Of a stretch of 64,000 nucleotides of DNA, positions 46,010 to 58,640 are shown piece by piece. The stretch is from Mytilus edulis (taxonomy: Eukaryota), in the NCBI RefSeq assembly GCF_963676685.1, contig NC_092352.1, positions 34,224,001 to 34,288,000 of the forward strand. The letters run 5' to 3'. The stretch's first letter is position 1, and every line of letters starts with the position of its first letter. The notes beneath the pieces were generated by a model. The model saw only the letters and a program-made list of their open reading frames with translations. It was not told the DNA's origin and searched no databases. Position numbers and translations under genes: made by a program.

Positions 46010-48643
46010 GGGCATCCGATGCAGTTTCAAGGGAGTTAACTCTTTTCGCGACGTTAAGCGTTCGAATTCCCGCAAAACGTCACTTTTATAGCGGGACGTA
46101 ATGCATGTAATTTTCTGTAATAAGAAACGTAATGTGGATTTTTCGATACTCCAATTTCTGTTTCTCCTGCATCTAAATTCTACACCATTAATATTAGTGC
46201 TTTTGATTCTAACAGGATAACAGTCTAATAAAACCATAAGAAATAAAACACATAACTGTTTTTGTGAGATCTTCAACAGAATATCGTATTTAGTAATCTC
46301 AAGATGACTGACCCCTTTGGTGTTACTAATATAATGCATGTCAATTATCATTTTTGATATGAGGAAGGCACTACCATAAATGCCAGCTTAATACCAATAC
46401 TATGCCCTATGCATTGATTGGTTATTGGTTGCTTAACGTCCAGTGGCAAATATTTCATGCAATAATTTTGACGGGACATATTATGGAATACAAATGTCCG
46501 GCGTCCGTCTGTCCGTCGTAAACTAAAACGGGTGTTTTTTTCACAGTCAGCGCTGTATCTCAAAAACGATTATTATTATTGCTTAAAACTTTACACAAAT
46601 CTTAGTTATGTGAATCTGAAGATCTGTATACATTTTGAGGATGATTCAAATTTTGTATTTAGAGTTATTGAATTCTTGTAAAAAAGAGGTTTTTTTCACA
46701 TGTTGCGCCGTATCTCAAAAACTATATTGATAAGTATTGCATAAAAAAAACACATTCTTGTTAGTTAAATTATTCTTAAGATCTGTATATTCTTTCGTGA
46801 TGATTCTTTTTTTTATTTTTAAGTTCTCATTGATTTTTTATTGAGCTTCAATTTGGTATCATAGAAACATGTTGCGATATACAACTTCCTTTTTAGCAAG
46901 AATAAGTCAGAATATACTTCGAATGACTTCCTGTACAACCCCGTGTTATTTCAAAAACATGTATTATTTTTTCATGACACGACGGGCATGCTCGTAGAGC
47001 AGCTGTTTAGTTTGTTCTTTATTTTTTTTACAAATATATTAGAGAAATGACGGAATGACAGCAAATATGATGCAATTTCCAATATAATTAATATTTCCGC
47101 ATGGCATAACTCTTTTGAAGAATAGTTGATATGAACTGATTTTCGAACGTGTCCATACATTATCAGTTTTACAGAAATTTGGCAAGAATTGTACACTTGA
47201 AAAATCTAATTAACCATAAGATCCGGAAGGACAGACAGAGTAATGAACGTGTGAGATTTTATGTACCCCGCAATGCGTCGCGCTGTGGTGAAAAAATAAA
47301 TATATTTATTTACCAATGAATTACGCATAGGTTATATGTCCAGTCCTCTCGCTATTAATTCAATCGTTTTTGTCAAATCAAAATTTCAAAACTATGGTAT
47401 AGTTTCTCTGTCTGGACAAAAACATCCTTTTAGCATATTGAAGATTCTCCTTTATAAGATTTTGTTTTTGTTTTCTGACAACATAAAAAAGAAGATGTGA
47501 TATAATTGCCAATGAGACAACTCTCCAAAAGAGACAAACATCACACAGAAATTAACAACTATAATAGATCACCGTACGGTCTTCAACCATGAGCAAAGCC
47601 CATACCGCATAGTCAGCTATAAAATCTGTTTAGGAGCCTCCCAATTTTATTCAATTGTTATCATTGACCCAAATAAAAATTTAATTTCATGAGTTAATGT
47701 GAAATTCTAAAAAGTGATTAAAACGTGAATAGGGGGATTTAAAGTATTGTAATGAAACAGCAGCCCACCAAACAAAACAAGACAAAAAAACCCATCTAGA
47801 GGTCAACCTATGGTATACATTAATACATAAGTTAATACACGAGTGTGTACAGTACATGTACCTGTATGTCGAGTTCTAAATTGCTGAGTCTTTAATTTTA
47901 AAAGCCGTATTAATCACTTTTCTTGAGATGTTTCTCATTAAGACCACAAACAAAGAGATGTATTTATGATTTACCTGATTTCATTTCCGAAAACAATACT
48001 ATCAATTTTTTGCATGTTAGGTAGCTCTTTACAAGCAATATTTAAACATCTGAAAAATGTCGCCGGTAATTTGCAGCGATAACGTCGTAAAAGTCTGCCA
48101 GCGACGTCGTGCACTTTAACACCAACTTTGAGGTTACAAAGGGGTGGATGCAATTTTAAGGATAAATCGTGTTTAGCATAGAATCCAGCACGGTGACATA
48201 TATTTTTTATTTGAGATTTGGAGAAAGCATGACAAAATGCAGTTTATGCAGAAAAATGACAAAAATGACATTTTCAGAAACACTTTATTTTCATATTTTT
48301 GGGATTAAAAAAATGCCACTTTGAACATCTGGTCCGCAATGTCAAGCAAAGCTTGAATAATTGTATAGTCAGTCGTGTAGGGATTTATTTTTTCCCTTAT
48401 TGTCACTTATCACAGCTTCAAATTGAACCCGATCTTAATAATTTACGACGAAGAATATTTGCTCCAAAATTTTTATAACATTGCCTACCTTTTTTACAAA
48501 ATTGCACAAATCCCCAATTTTTTCGAAAACGAGCACGGTGACCTATGTTTAATTTTGTGTTTTATTTTATAACTCGCCAAGGCCTACAACTTATTTCAAA
48601 ACTATAAAAATGACATTATATCGAGAAACTGTATCGGATGCCC
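46010..48643. mobile_element. Kolobok-like non-autonomous DNA transposon (2.6 kb) with nested repeats
   Basis: TIR GGGCATCCGATGCAGTTTC / GAAACTGTATCGGATGCCC; TTAA TSD at 46006-46009 and 48644-48647. Confidence 0.78.
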
Positions 48644-49949
48644 TTAAACAGAAGTCTTGAAACCTTATTGAGATTTTTTTGGTTTGGTTGCTAACAGAAT
48701 TCCATTCATAGCCACAAAATTTAAACTAGTTCTGTTCCTTTATTATTTATACCCCTCGAAATTCTGAAAGAAGGCGGAAACTATCAGTATTTTTTTGTTG
48801 GTTTTATCTGGTAGTTATATAGAATCAGATCCATTTTGTCCAATCATTCTGCTAGATATGTGCTTTAATTAAGTTTTGATCAGTATTGTAAAAGACAAAA
48901 TATTTTTAACAAACTGATTTACCTATGCTATTGAAAAACAAGATCAAGAAAGTAAGATTTTTCTTTACAGTTTTTTATTTTCAAATTAAAAAAAACACTA
49001 AAAGATCATCAGAGAGAAAGAACCATATGGATTATGTCACTTCAAAAGTATTTTCTACATTAACAAAATGAATCTACATTTGTGTACATTTGTACATGAA
49101 TAATTACTACTGTTAAGTAAAGTATTGTCATATTAATAATATAATGGATTTTGTTAGAAAAATGTGTCTTTTTAAGTGCTTTAAATGAGCAGGGTTTTCC
49201 CCCGAAAATTTTTTGAAATCTAGATTCAAAATCCTGGCATCTGGTGAATTTTAAGACAATTTTTCATGCTTGTCAAATTGACATACTACCAGCAGAACTT
49301 TTTTTCTAAAAAATTTTGTCTGCACAATTTTAAGAGTTTGAATACTGCTATAATTTAAACGTTGACAAAATTGAGCATACTGTTCAAATTCTGTATTGCC
49401 CCTCAATTGATGTTTTCTAACTACTAAGTCTTAGTGTCATGATTACATGTATTCTTGTTAAGTGTGACTTAATTTTTCAAAATTAAATTATATTTTTGAT
49501 TCTGTCTGACAGCAAATTTGATTTGTAAATATTCCTTTATCGTAGGAAATTTTCCGTATTTGCTTGAAGTATTCAGGCCTGTTGGGTCATATCAAATCAG
49601 GAGACAAATAATGTATTCCATGTCTCCCAATTTAGAGACATCTCTAGATCTGGAGGCTGTCTCCCGATCGGGGAATATTGACTAGCTGTCGAATCTTTGA
49701 TCCAGCGTAGTGCATTTGAACCAAATTGACAATTATGTCATCGATTCATTCGCGACTATTAATAAAACACAACAGAACAAATTGAAAAATAATGCATGCA
49801 AACGTTATAAATTGTTTTATCATAAAAATCCACACCTTTGTGTCGCTTAGCGGGGAAAAAATCTGTGATGGAACATTTCATCGTCAACAGTTCAACAACA
49901 AATGAAAGTTTTTAACGACCTTGACATTGCATGACTTGCATATTTACTC

Positions 49950-50110
49950 GATATCTCTCGGAATAAATCATCTTTTATTGTTGACATTTCAGCGCAGTCA
50001 TCCGATAACATTTTTTTTTATAGTTCCGGCTAATCTTTTCCGATTGGCCGAGACTCTAGCGCATGAATTAGATTAATACGCTGTTGCTAAGGACCTTAGA
50101 AACTAGCGAT
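49950..50110. promoter_or_regulatory. Putative WDFY3 promoter
   Basis: Local CpG enrichment; TTCCGG (ETS), ATTGG (CCAAT box), GTTGCTAAGG (RFX-like); a possible donor AAG|GTGTGG at 49835; coding exon 1 needs an upstream UTR exon. Confidence 0.4.
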
Positions 50111-50539
50111 AATTTTCATTCTCACTCTACAGATTGAAATAAACAACAATTCTATGAGTAGTATGTAATTTCAGAGCGTACATGAAGTGGACAAGATGAG
50201 TTGAACACCTGAATTTGTCTTCTTATCTGTGCAATTTTAAGTTAGGCTTGTTACTTGCATTTGATTGATTCAAATTCTTTCAACTACGGGAATCCTCTAT
50301 GTGAATTGCCCTCCGACATTTCTGAAATTTATATACATTAACTTCCCTCATCCTTGACAGTTTAGGTTTGTGATATTATTACTTAAGGGTTTGTAGTAAT
50401 AACATATTGTTTTAAAGATGTGAAGTTTGATTATATTAAAATAATGTTTGAGCTAAATCACTGACAAAAATGTCACATCACTCTTCTTTGATTTATGAAT
50501 ATATAAACTTTCAAGTTTTTTCTGTTCACTGTTGTTCTC

Positions 50540-50660
50540 TAGTCCAAATAATTATGACGTCTTGAAAGGCTATTATAATTTTTTTCTTTGACGCCTTACA
50601 TTAAGGCTTCAAAGAAAAAAATTATAATAGCCTTTCAAGACGTCATAATTATTTGGACTA
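50540..50660. mobile_element. 121-bp palindromic MITE with 10-bp TSD
   Basis: Near-perfect hairpin TAGTCCAAATAATT...AATTATTTGGACTA; TGTTGTTCTC duplicated at 50530-50539 and 50661-50670. Confidence 0.85.
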
Positions 50661-52435
50661 TGTTGTTCTCCTGCAAAAAGTGAGTTGATAATGCTAAGAC
50701 TGAAGAAGTAAATGTTTTAATGTGCTGAAGTTGTTCATAATTGAGTGGTAAATATTTGTAATTTTAATGTGTCTACAATCTGCAAATGTATGATCGATTT
50801 TCATTTTCTGTTTCAGCAGCTGAACAGTGATGGAATGTACAACTGTTGAATGAAGTAATTCGACGTGTTTCAGACTAAATATCAAATGTGCAAAACTAAA
50901 AATTGTGGGCATACTTGAATTTGATCTTAATGTCAATCTGTCATTGAACATGTTATGGTAAATTCAATATTTATACAGGGTTGTGTATTTTCGCCATTGC
51001 GTCTGATTATTATGGCAAGTTAACTTCCGTGCATCTCATTTCCGGTTTTTTAATTCCGTCAGATGGCGGTTAAATAGGCGAAGTCATAAAATGCGCGAAA
51101 TTCAAACTATCCTTTGGAAAAAACAATAAGATAATACTCTCTGATATTAAAGTTCCCTTTGTGACCTTTGTTCATTGAATCTTACAAGTTGATTTCGTAT
51201 GTTCGTTTTACTTACCATAAAGTTTGTTCCTTTGTGATATTTTACACACTGTGTACATTCAGGCCTTTAGTCTAGAGTTTTTCATAGAACAAGGTGATGT
51301 ACAGTAACTTCACAAAACATCACAGTAACTTCAACTTTTATACAATAATGGGGAGGGGGTTTTGTTTTTTTTCAAAAAAAAATATCTTCTGATTCCCAAT
51401 TTGATGGGGGAAAAATTGTGGTCAAGCAGATAAAAAAATGTTTTGAATCCAGACTTATCCCCATTCCCACTGCCCATTCCTTGTAACAGTCAGGGATCAA
51501 CAGCTAGGATACCCCCAAAAAAAACTCATGATAGAGTTGGGGGCCCATTTTCGCCATGGACACATTTTCGCCATTTTGCTATTTTTTTCTGTAAAATTTG
51601 TGTGCCTTTAATTTACCAGTACTTGCCTAAATAGATTGTAAAATCTGTTTGAAATGTTCGAACGGTTGATATTCCTCTTTAACCCCATTTCAAAGGTTAT
51701 TCGCACATATAAAGAAATATGCAGGTATTTTTAAACAATTTTTGGCTATTATGTAAGGTTTATATGGCAATCATGCACACCGGCAGTCTTAATGTAAATA
51801 TTTGTGAGAAAAATCGTATAGGAATGATCTCTCACGCTAATTACAAACATCGTTTTTTATAAAATACCAGGATAATGAGGATGGTCATACCATACATTGC
51901 GGCGAAAATGTGCCTCACATGGTACACGAACAACTTGATTTCCTCTCGAGTTTGCGTTCATTTATAGAACAATTAACTAATGTTTTGAAGATAATTCCTT
52001 TATCAAATATTTTTTTCATATAGTTAAATTTCTGAAACCTACATAAAAAGTTCCAAATATTCAAATGTATGTCGGATGTAAGTGGAAATGAACTAATTAT
52101 GCGGCGAATATGGGTTACTCACTCTACTGATAATTATGGAAGCCAAGAAACTATTGGAGAGTCTGCAGAAAAGAGTATTGCTGATAGTTATGATGGGGGT
52201 GTTTGCCATTCTGGTATCAATTTTACTAATGGAAACCTGTATGGTAGAATTTTAAAATCGTGAAAACGTCCCTCCTGATACTGATGATGGAGACAACCTT
52301 GATCTTGAAATTCAGACAGATAAAGATATATAGGAGGAAATTATGGAATTTTAAAAGAAGAATCAGATGATGAATTTAAGAATTTCTGGTGAAAATAAAA
52401 CAAGAGATGCTCGGCTACTTGAAAGGCAATGTGAA

Positions 52436-54905
52436 CACGTACAAAATAGAATTCATTAAGCCAGAAAATAAAAGAGGTGATCAGCTATCTATCTATTAAT
52501 ATAAGAACAGCCAATGATTTAACAGTTATAAACAAGTCAGATGGTGAGAGTGGAGATACACTGTTTAGTCATATGGATTTACAGATGATGAGGCATTACT
52601 AGACAACTGGAGAACACATAATGAAAAAGTTGAGGACAATGGTAAAAACTGTAAATTAGAACTGTGGGATAATGTTATGGAAGAATGAATTGCATAAATG
52701 ATCTAGACTGGTAGAAAAAAGTTTTTAAGACTTGATGTGTTTGAGCTTTTTATTTTGCCATTTGATAAGGGACTTTCCGTTTTGAATTTTCCTCGGAGTT
52801 CAGTATTTTTTTGTTTTACTTTTTAGATGAGATCCAGAAAAATTCTCAAACGTGTAAAAACAATCTCTATGACTGATATTGTCAACAATTGCCAGTAAAA
52901 AAATTAAATCAGTGAACATTAAAACTGGTTTCCGTCAACGAGAAAAGATACAAATAAACTCATCATAGATACCAGGATTAAATTTTGTATTACACCAGAC
53001 GCGCGTTTGATCTACAAAAGACTCATCAGTGACACTCGAATCCAAAAAAAAATAAATAGGCCACATAAAATACGAAGTTGAAGAGCATCGTGATTAAAAT
53101 TCCTAATCGTTTTGCCAAATACAGCTAAGGTAATCTATTCCTGAAGTAGAAAAGCCTTACTCTATCAAAAATTCAAAAGTTTGGCAAACAATTAATTTAT
53201 AAATATGACCATATCAATGATAATTCATGTCAGCACAGAAGTACTGACTACTGGACTGGTGATACCTTCGGGGAATTAAAACTCCACCAGCAGTGGTATC
53301 GACCCAGTGGTTTCAAATAAACTCATCATAGATACCAGTATTAAATTTTGTATTTACGCCAGATGCGCGTTTCAAAAAGAAGTCTAGCTACTTGAGACCT
53401 CCAAAGAAGGTAAGGTCTGGCGCCTAAATTAACGTGTATATGAGCTTGCTGAAATTGTGTAAAACAACACTGTTATATTGTTAAGCAACAGTATCAAAAA
53501 ATGATTTAACAGTGTTCAATTGACATGTCAAAGGCTTGACTTGTGTCTAAGCAGTTTAATGTAGATGATTTTCTTTGGACAGGATCCAGTTTTTCGAGAA
53601 AAAAGGTGTTGTATCCATTCCATGATTAGTGGTCTGTTCGAGGATTTTGAAATAGTGCTGTACATTTTTCAAATATTTGAGACTAGATCCAAAACCAAGA
53701 CAATGATAGATTTGTTTTAAGCCAGAATTACTGATGACTATGTCATAATGCTGAAGACAGTTTTAATAGATAAGGACAGGGTAAGAGCCGCCAGAGCAGA
53801 CTTTATTGGGGTCCAAATAGGACAATTACTATGATAAACAAACATGTCTAGACATTGATTTTGATGTTGCACGTACACACTAGAATACAGTAAGCCAGAA
53901 AATGCAAGAGGTGATCAGCTATATAAGAAGAGCCAATGATTTAACAGTTATAAACAAGTCAGATGTTGAGAGTGGAGATACACTGTTTAATCATATGGAT
54001 TTACAGATGATGAAGATGCACAACTAGACACTGGAGAATACACAATGAAGAAGTTGAGGACAAAGGTCAAAACTGTAAATTAGAACTGAGGTATAATGTT
54101 ATGAAAGAATTGGAGATTGAATTGCATAGAAGAGCTAGATTGGTAGAAAAAAGTTTTTAAGACTGCTCAGTTTTTAAGACTTGATGTGTTTGAGCTTTTG
54201 ATTTTGCCTTTTGATCAGGGACTTTCCGTTTTGAATTTCATCGGAGTTCATTTTTTGTTTGTTTTACTTTTTAGATGAGAAATAGAAGAGTTCTCAAATG
54301 TGTGAAAACAATCTCTAGGACTGATATTGTCAATTATTGCCAGTACAAAATGTTCAATCAATTCAGTGGACGTTAAAACTGGTTTCCGTCAAAGGAAAAA
54401 AAGATACGAAGAGAAGTCTACTCGAGACATCCAAATAAGCTAACGAAAATGGTAAAGTCTTGCGCCGAAATTAACGTGTATATGATCTTGCTGCAACTGT
54501 GTAAAACAACACTGTTAGACTGTGGAGGAACAGTATCAACAATTGATTTAGCAGTATTCAGTTGACATGATGACAAAGGCTTGACTTGTGTCTAAGCACT
54601 TAACGTAGCTGGTTTTCTTTGGAAAGGATCCAGTTTTTCGAAGAACAAAATGGTGTTGTATCCTTGATTAGTGTTCTGTCATAGGTTGGTAAATAGTCTT
54701 GTACATCTTTCAAATATTTGAGACTATAAACTAAGACAATGATAGTTTTTTTCTAATCCAGAATTACTATGTCAGAATGTTGAAGACATTATTAATAGTT
54801 AAGGACAGGATAAGAGCCGCCAGACCAGACTTTATTGAGGTCCAAATAGGACAATTACTATGGTAAGACATACAAACATTTCCAGATATTGCTTTTGATG
54901 TTGCT
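52436..54905. repeat. Diverged tandem duplication (~1.0-kb unit; copy 1 about 52436-53869, copy 2 about 53870-54905)
   Basis: Colinear matches such as taagccagaaaat..aagaggtgatcagctat and taagagccgccaga. Confidence 0.85.
52952..53373. mobile_element. ~420-bp insertion with ~55-bp terminal direct repeats
   Basis: aaataaactcatcatagataccag..ttaaattttgtatt..c.ccaga.gcgcgttt at both ends; absent from duplicate copy 2. Confidence 0.7.
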
Positions 54906-55064
54906 GCTGTTCCATAAGACAAGCATAGTTGATAATGTTAAAGTCAATAAGATAGAAAGGAAGATGCAACATGATCGTGTGTCAATGCACTTTCATTATC
55001 TTATACAACATATGGAAATAAACTAATCATAGATACCAGTATTGAAATGTTATATTTGACTAAT

Positions 55065-58030
55065 GCATATTGTTCGGTGATGCCTCGTGTTGAAATCTTT
55101 CAGAATGCTGAAGCCAATTCGTTGTCTTTTTGATAGACGATCATTGAAAAGTGGACCAAATTACTTGACAGTCTAATACAGTGCGAATGATTTAAGCTTT
55201 GGTCGTAGGTAATGGATTGTGACTTGTAATATCTCTAATAGTTCTTTTTAATTAAATATCTATGGAATCATTCCCTTTTCAAAACGAAACGTATTTTTTT
55301 TCTTCAAGAAACAGACCAGACGATACCGATGTGTTTCATCGAAATGTGCTGTTGATATCACTTTCAGGTTCATTTTACTTGTTGGATTTTTGTTATAGAT
55401 TTTAACTATATACGTTATAATAAGCTAAGGCCATAAGTAGTCAATAAACGGTTGACCACGGGATTGTAAAACGACAGTTTTAATTTACGTAGATCATTGT
55501 CTGACAACTATTGTTTGACATTGGCACCACATTCGTTGTTGGCTTAATCGTTAGAAAATTTATCAATTAGTGCTTTTAACTTTTATCGAAGGCTAGACCA
55601 AATTCCGAATATTAAACATTGAATGTTGAGGTAAATGGAAAAGGACAATAAGTGGAAACAGACTTACAAGATTTGACGCCAATTTAATATGTTACTTACA
55701 AAATTGATAATAATTGAATAATTTGTTGCAAGTCGAGATAATGCTTCCACTTAATGAATCATTACACTTCTCTTTATTTTACGATTTTAATACCATGCAA
55801 GGTTCCGCACATATTCGTCTATTTCAGTTACTTTTGACCCGGACCAGGTTATCCAACAAGACGATGGGGGTATGACATTGACCGTAATCACAGCTACCTC
55901 AAAATTAATAGGGATCTTCATCTCATACGTGACAGTATATTAAATTCTAATATGACGTGCTCCTTTCGCTTAACCCATGCTCTAAATCCAAAAAAAATGT
56001 GTTTGCACATGCGTATAATGACCACTGCAGAATAATAAATTTTATCAAACTGGCATGCATTTAATTTGTTTCATTTACTTAAAACACTTCTAAACTCTTA
56101 AATGATGCACATGTTGTTACTATAAGAAATAATTGATACAAGCTTTACTTTATTGTAGTTTTAACATGGGTAGGCATTACATTCGTGATTATTTTTGCCC
56201 GAGCGGACATAGAAATTACCTTAATTGTCCTAATAAGAATTGAAATAATTGATGCAAGCTATACTTTATTGTAGTTTTAACATGGGTAGGCATTATATTC
56301 GTGATATTTTAGCCCGCACTGTTGCTCGGGCAAAAATAACCACAAATTTAATGCCTACCCATGTTAAAACTACAATAAAGTATAGCTTGCATCAATTATT
56401 TAAGTAAGATTGCAAACCACTATGAAGTATTGAATCATCATATAGATTACAAAATGACTGAAAGTCAGATCAGAAACTAGATATTTGGTGCGTGGTTTAT
56501 GATAATTGTGATTGATCCTTATCCGTAAACACTAAATCCATTCAAAGTGCATTGATTTATTTCTGCTGGGAAATAAAGGTTTATTCATTAGTTGAAATAC
56601 GCTTAGTATTAAGCTTATTTCATGCTAGTACTCATGTTTTCGTTTTCTTGTCAAGCCGGTTTTTTGTTATGCTTATTGCAAATCTGTTAGTCAAGCCCTT
56701 TTTAACCTAAAATAAGTTAGTTCTTGTGTTCTGTTATTTCTCAATCCCAAGGAGATGGCCAAGTGTTTACAAATGTCTATTTGTATTCATCTGATTTGTA
56801 AAGCCTTTTTCATCTGATTTTTTATAGTTTGTTCTTATGTTATACTATGATACCACTGTTCCAGGTTAGGAAAGGGTTGGGATCCCACTTACATGGTCAA
56901 CCCCGCCACATTCTGTATAAGGAAGATGTAATATGATTCTGCTTCAATGCACTTTCATAATCTTGACAGCATATTTATATTGTTCAGTGATGCATCGTTT
57001 TGGAAATCTTCCAGGTTATGGAAACTAAATTGTTGTCTTTTTGATGGGCGATACTTGCAAAGTGATCATTTGGCAGTCCGAGACACTAATAATGATTGTA
57101 AAGTATATGTAGTACTTTGGCAAGCAAATGTTTGGTCTTATATGACTGTGTGATATCTTTAATACATCTTTTTAAATGTATACCTATGGATCTATTCCCT
57201 TTCAAAACGAAAGGTTATTCTATTGAGGAAACAAAGAAGACGATATACGCGATACTGATGTTTCAATGAAATGTGCTGTTGATATTATTTCAGATGCATG
57301 TTACGTGTTGATTAAACTATATACGTTATATCACATCATAAGTGGTCAATTAACAGTATGACCACGGGAGTGTAAAACGTGGGTTAATGCCTGACAACGA
57401 TCGTCTGACATTGTCCCTAATTAAAACCACCATATTGTTGTTGCTTAATCGTTAGAAAATAAATCAATTATGCCAATACCTTCGTTTTTTAAACTTTTAT
57501 GGAAGGCTAGACCAAAATCCGAATATTCAACATTGAATCTTGGCTGAAGTTATCCCACATTGAAATGTATCCAAGGCAATGATTTCTGAGTTATATATAT
57601 TATTGTCGACTTTAGTGTTATGACATTAACCATAACCATTAAATCAAGAGGAACTCATATGAAAGTATATTAAAGTAAAGTTGATATCCAATATGCATTA
57701 TTGGATCTTTGGATAATATTAGAAAGATGTCTGTGCTTCAGGTAAAAAACTCTTCATGTTTAGCATGGGTTTAATGGTTTTGTTTGATACCCGTCCGTCG
57801 ACACTAAATTCATTCAATGTGCAAATTTATTTATGCTGGGATATATGTTTATTTATTTATTGAAATAAGCTTTGAACTAGCTTTTAGTAACTGAAAGTAC
57901 TCCGTGTTCTAGTTGTGTCAAAATGTGTTTTTTTATATGCTTTGTATAGATCGGTAAGTCAAGACCCTTTTAACATAGATTAAGTTTGTTCTTGTGTTTG
58001 TTGTGAGACCAATCCCAGGTTAGGGGAGGA
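55065..58030. repeat. Second diverged tandem duplication (about 55065-56760 vs 56975-58030)
   Basis: Colinear matches such as gaaggctagaccaaa.tccgaatatt and aaatgtgctgttgatat. Confidence 0.8.
56127..56401. repeat. Foldback with a duplicated arm
   Basis: ~75-bp arm twice in direct orientation (about 56127 and 56243) and once inverted (about 56323-56401). Confidence 0.75.
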
Positions 58031-58094
58031 ACAAAATATTTGACGATATTTGCGAGCCTACTATTCAATGATTGTTGACTGGTCGGTTTTATTT

Positions 58095-58640
58095 TCAGAC
58101 TTCAACTCCCAAAATCAATCCCAACCTTCCTTTTGTGGTCATAAACCTTGTGTTTAAATTTCATTGATTTCTATTTACTTTTACTAAAGTTTTTGTGCGA
58201 AAACCAAGAATAATGCTTATTTGGCCCCTAATTTCTAAACTGTTTGAACTAAAACTCCCAAAATCAATCCCAACCTTCCTTTTGTGTTCATAAACCTTGT
58301 CAAAATTTCATAGATTTCTATTTACTTAAACTAAAGTTAGAGTGCGAAAACCAAGAAATTGCTTAATTGGGCCCTTTTTGGCCCCCTTATTCCTAAAATA
58401 TTGGGACCAAAACTCCCATAATCAATCCCAACCTTCTTTTTGTGGTCATAAAAACTCCCATAATCAATCCCAACCCCCCTTTTGTGGTCATAAACCTTGT
58501 GTTAAAATTTCATAGATTTCTATTCACTTTTACCAAAGTTACAGTGCGAAAACTGAAAGTATTCGGACGACGACACCGCCAACGCCAACGTGATACCAAT
58601 ATAGGACCAAAATTTTTTTAATTTTTGCGGTGTATAAAAA
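58095..58640 (+). mobile_element. HINE family C, 5'-truncated
   Basis: 160-bp units plus the family C 3' end. Confidence 0.75.

Noticed and set aside
45995-48153. ORFs of 60-118 aa upstream of WDFY3 as genes or extra exons
   Set aside because: They lie within the TTAA-flanked non-autonomous transposon and show no recognisable domains
51530-52125. Possible MULE-like MITE with repeated cattttcgcc motifs
   Set aside because: Left terminus and TSD could not be defined from the sequence
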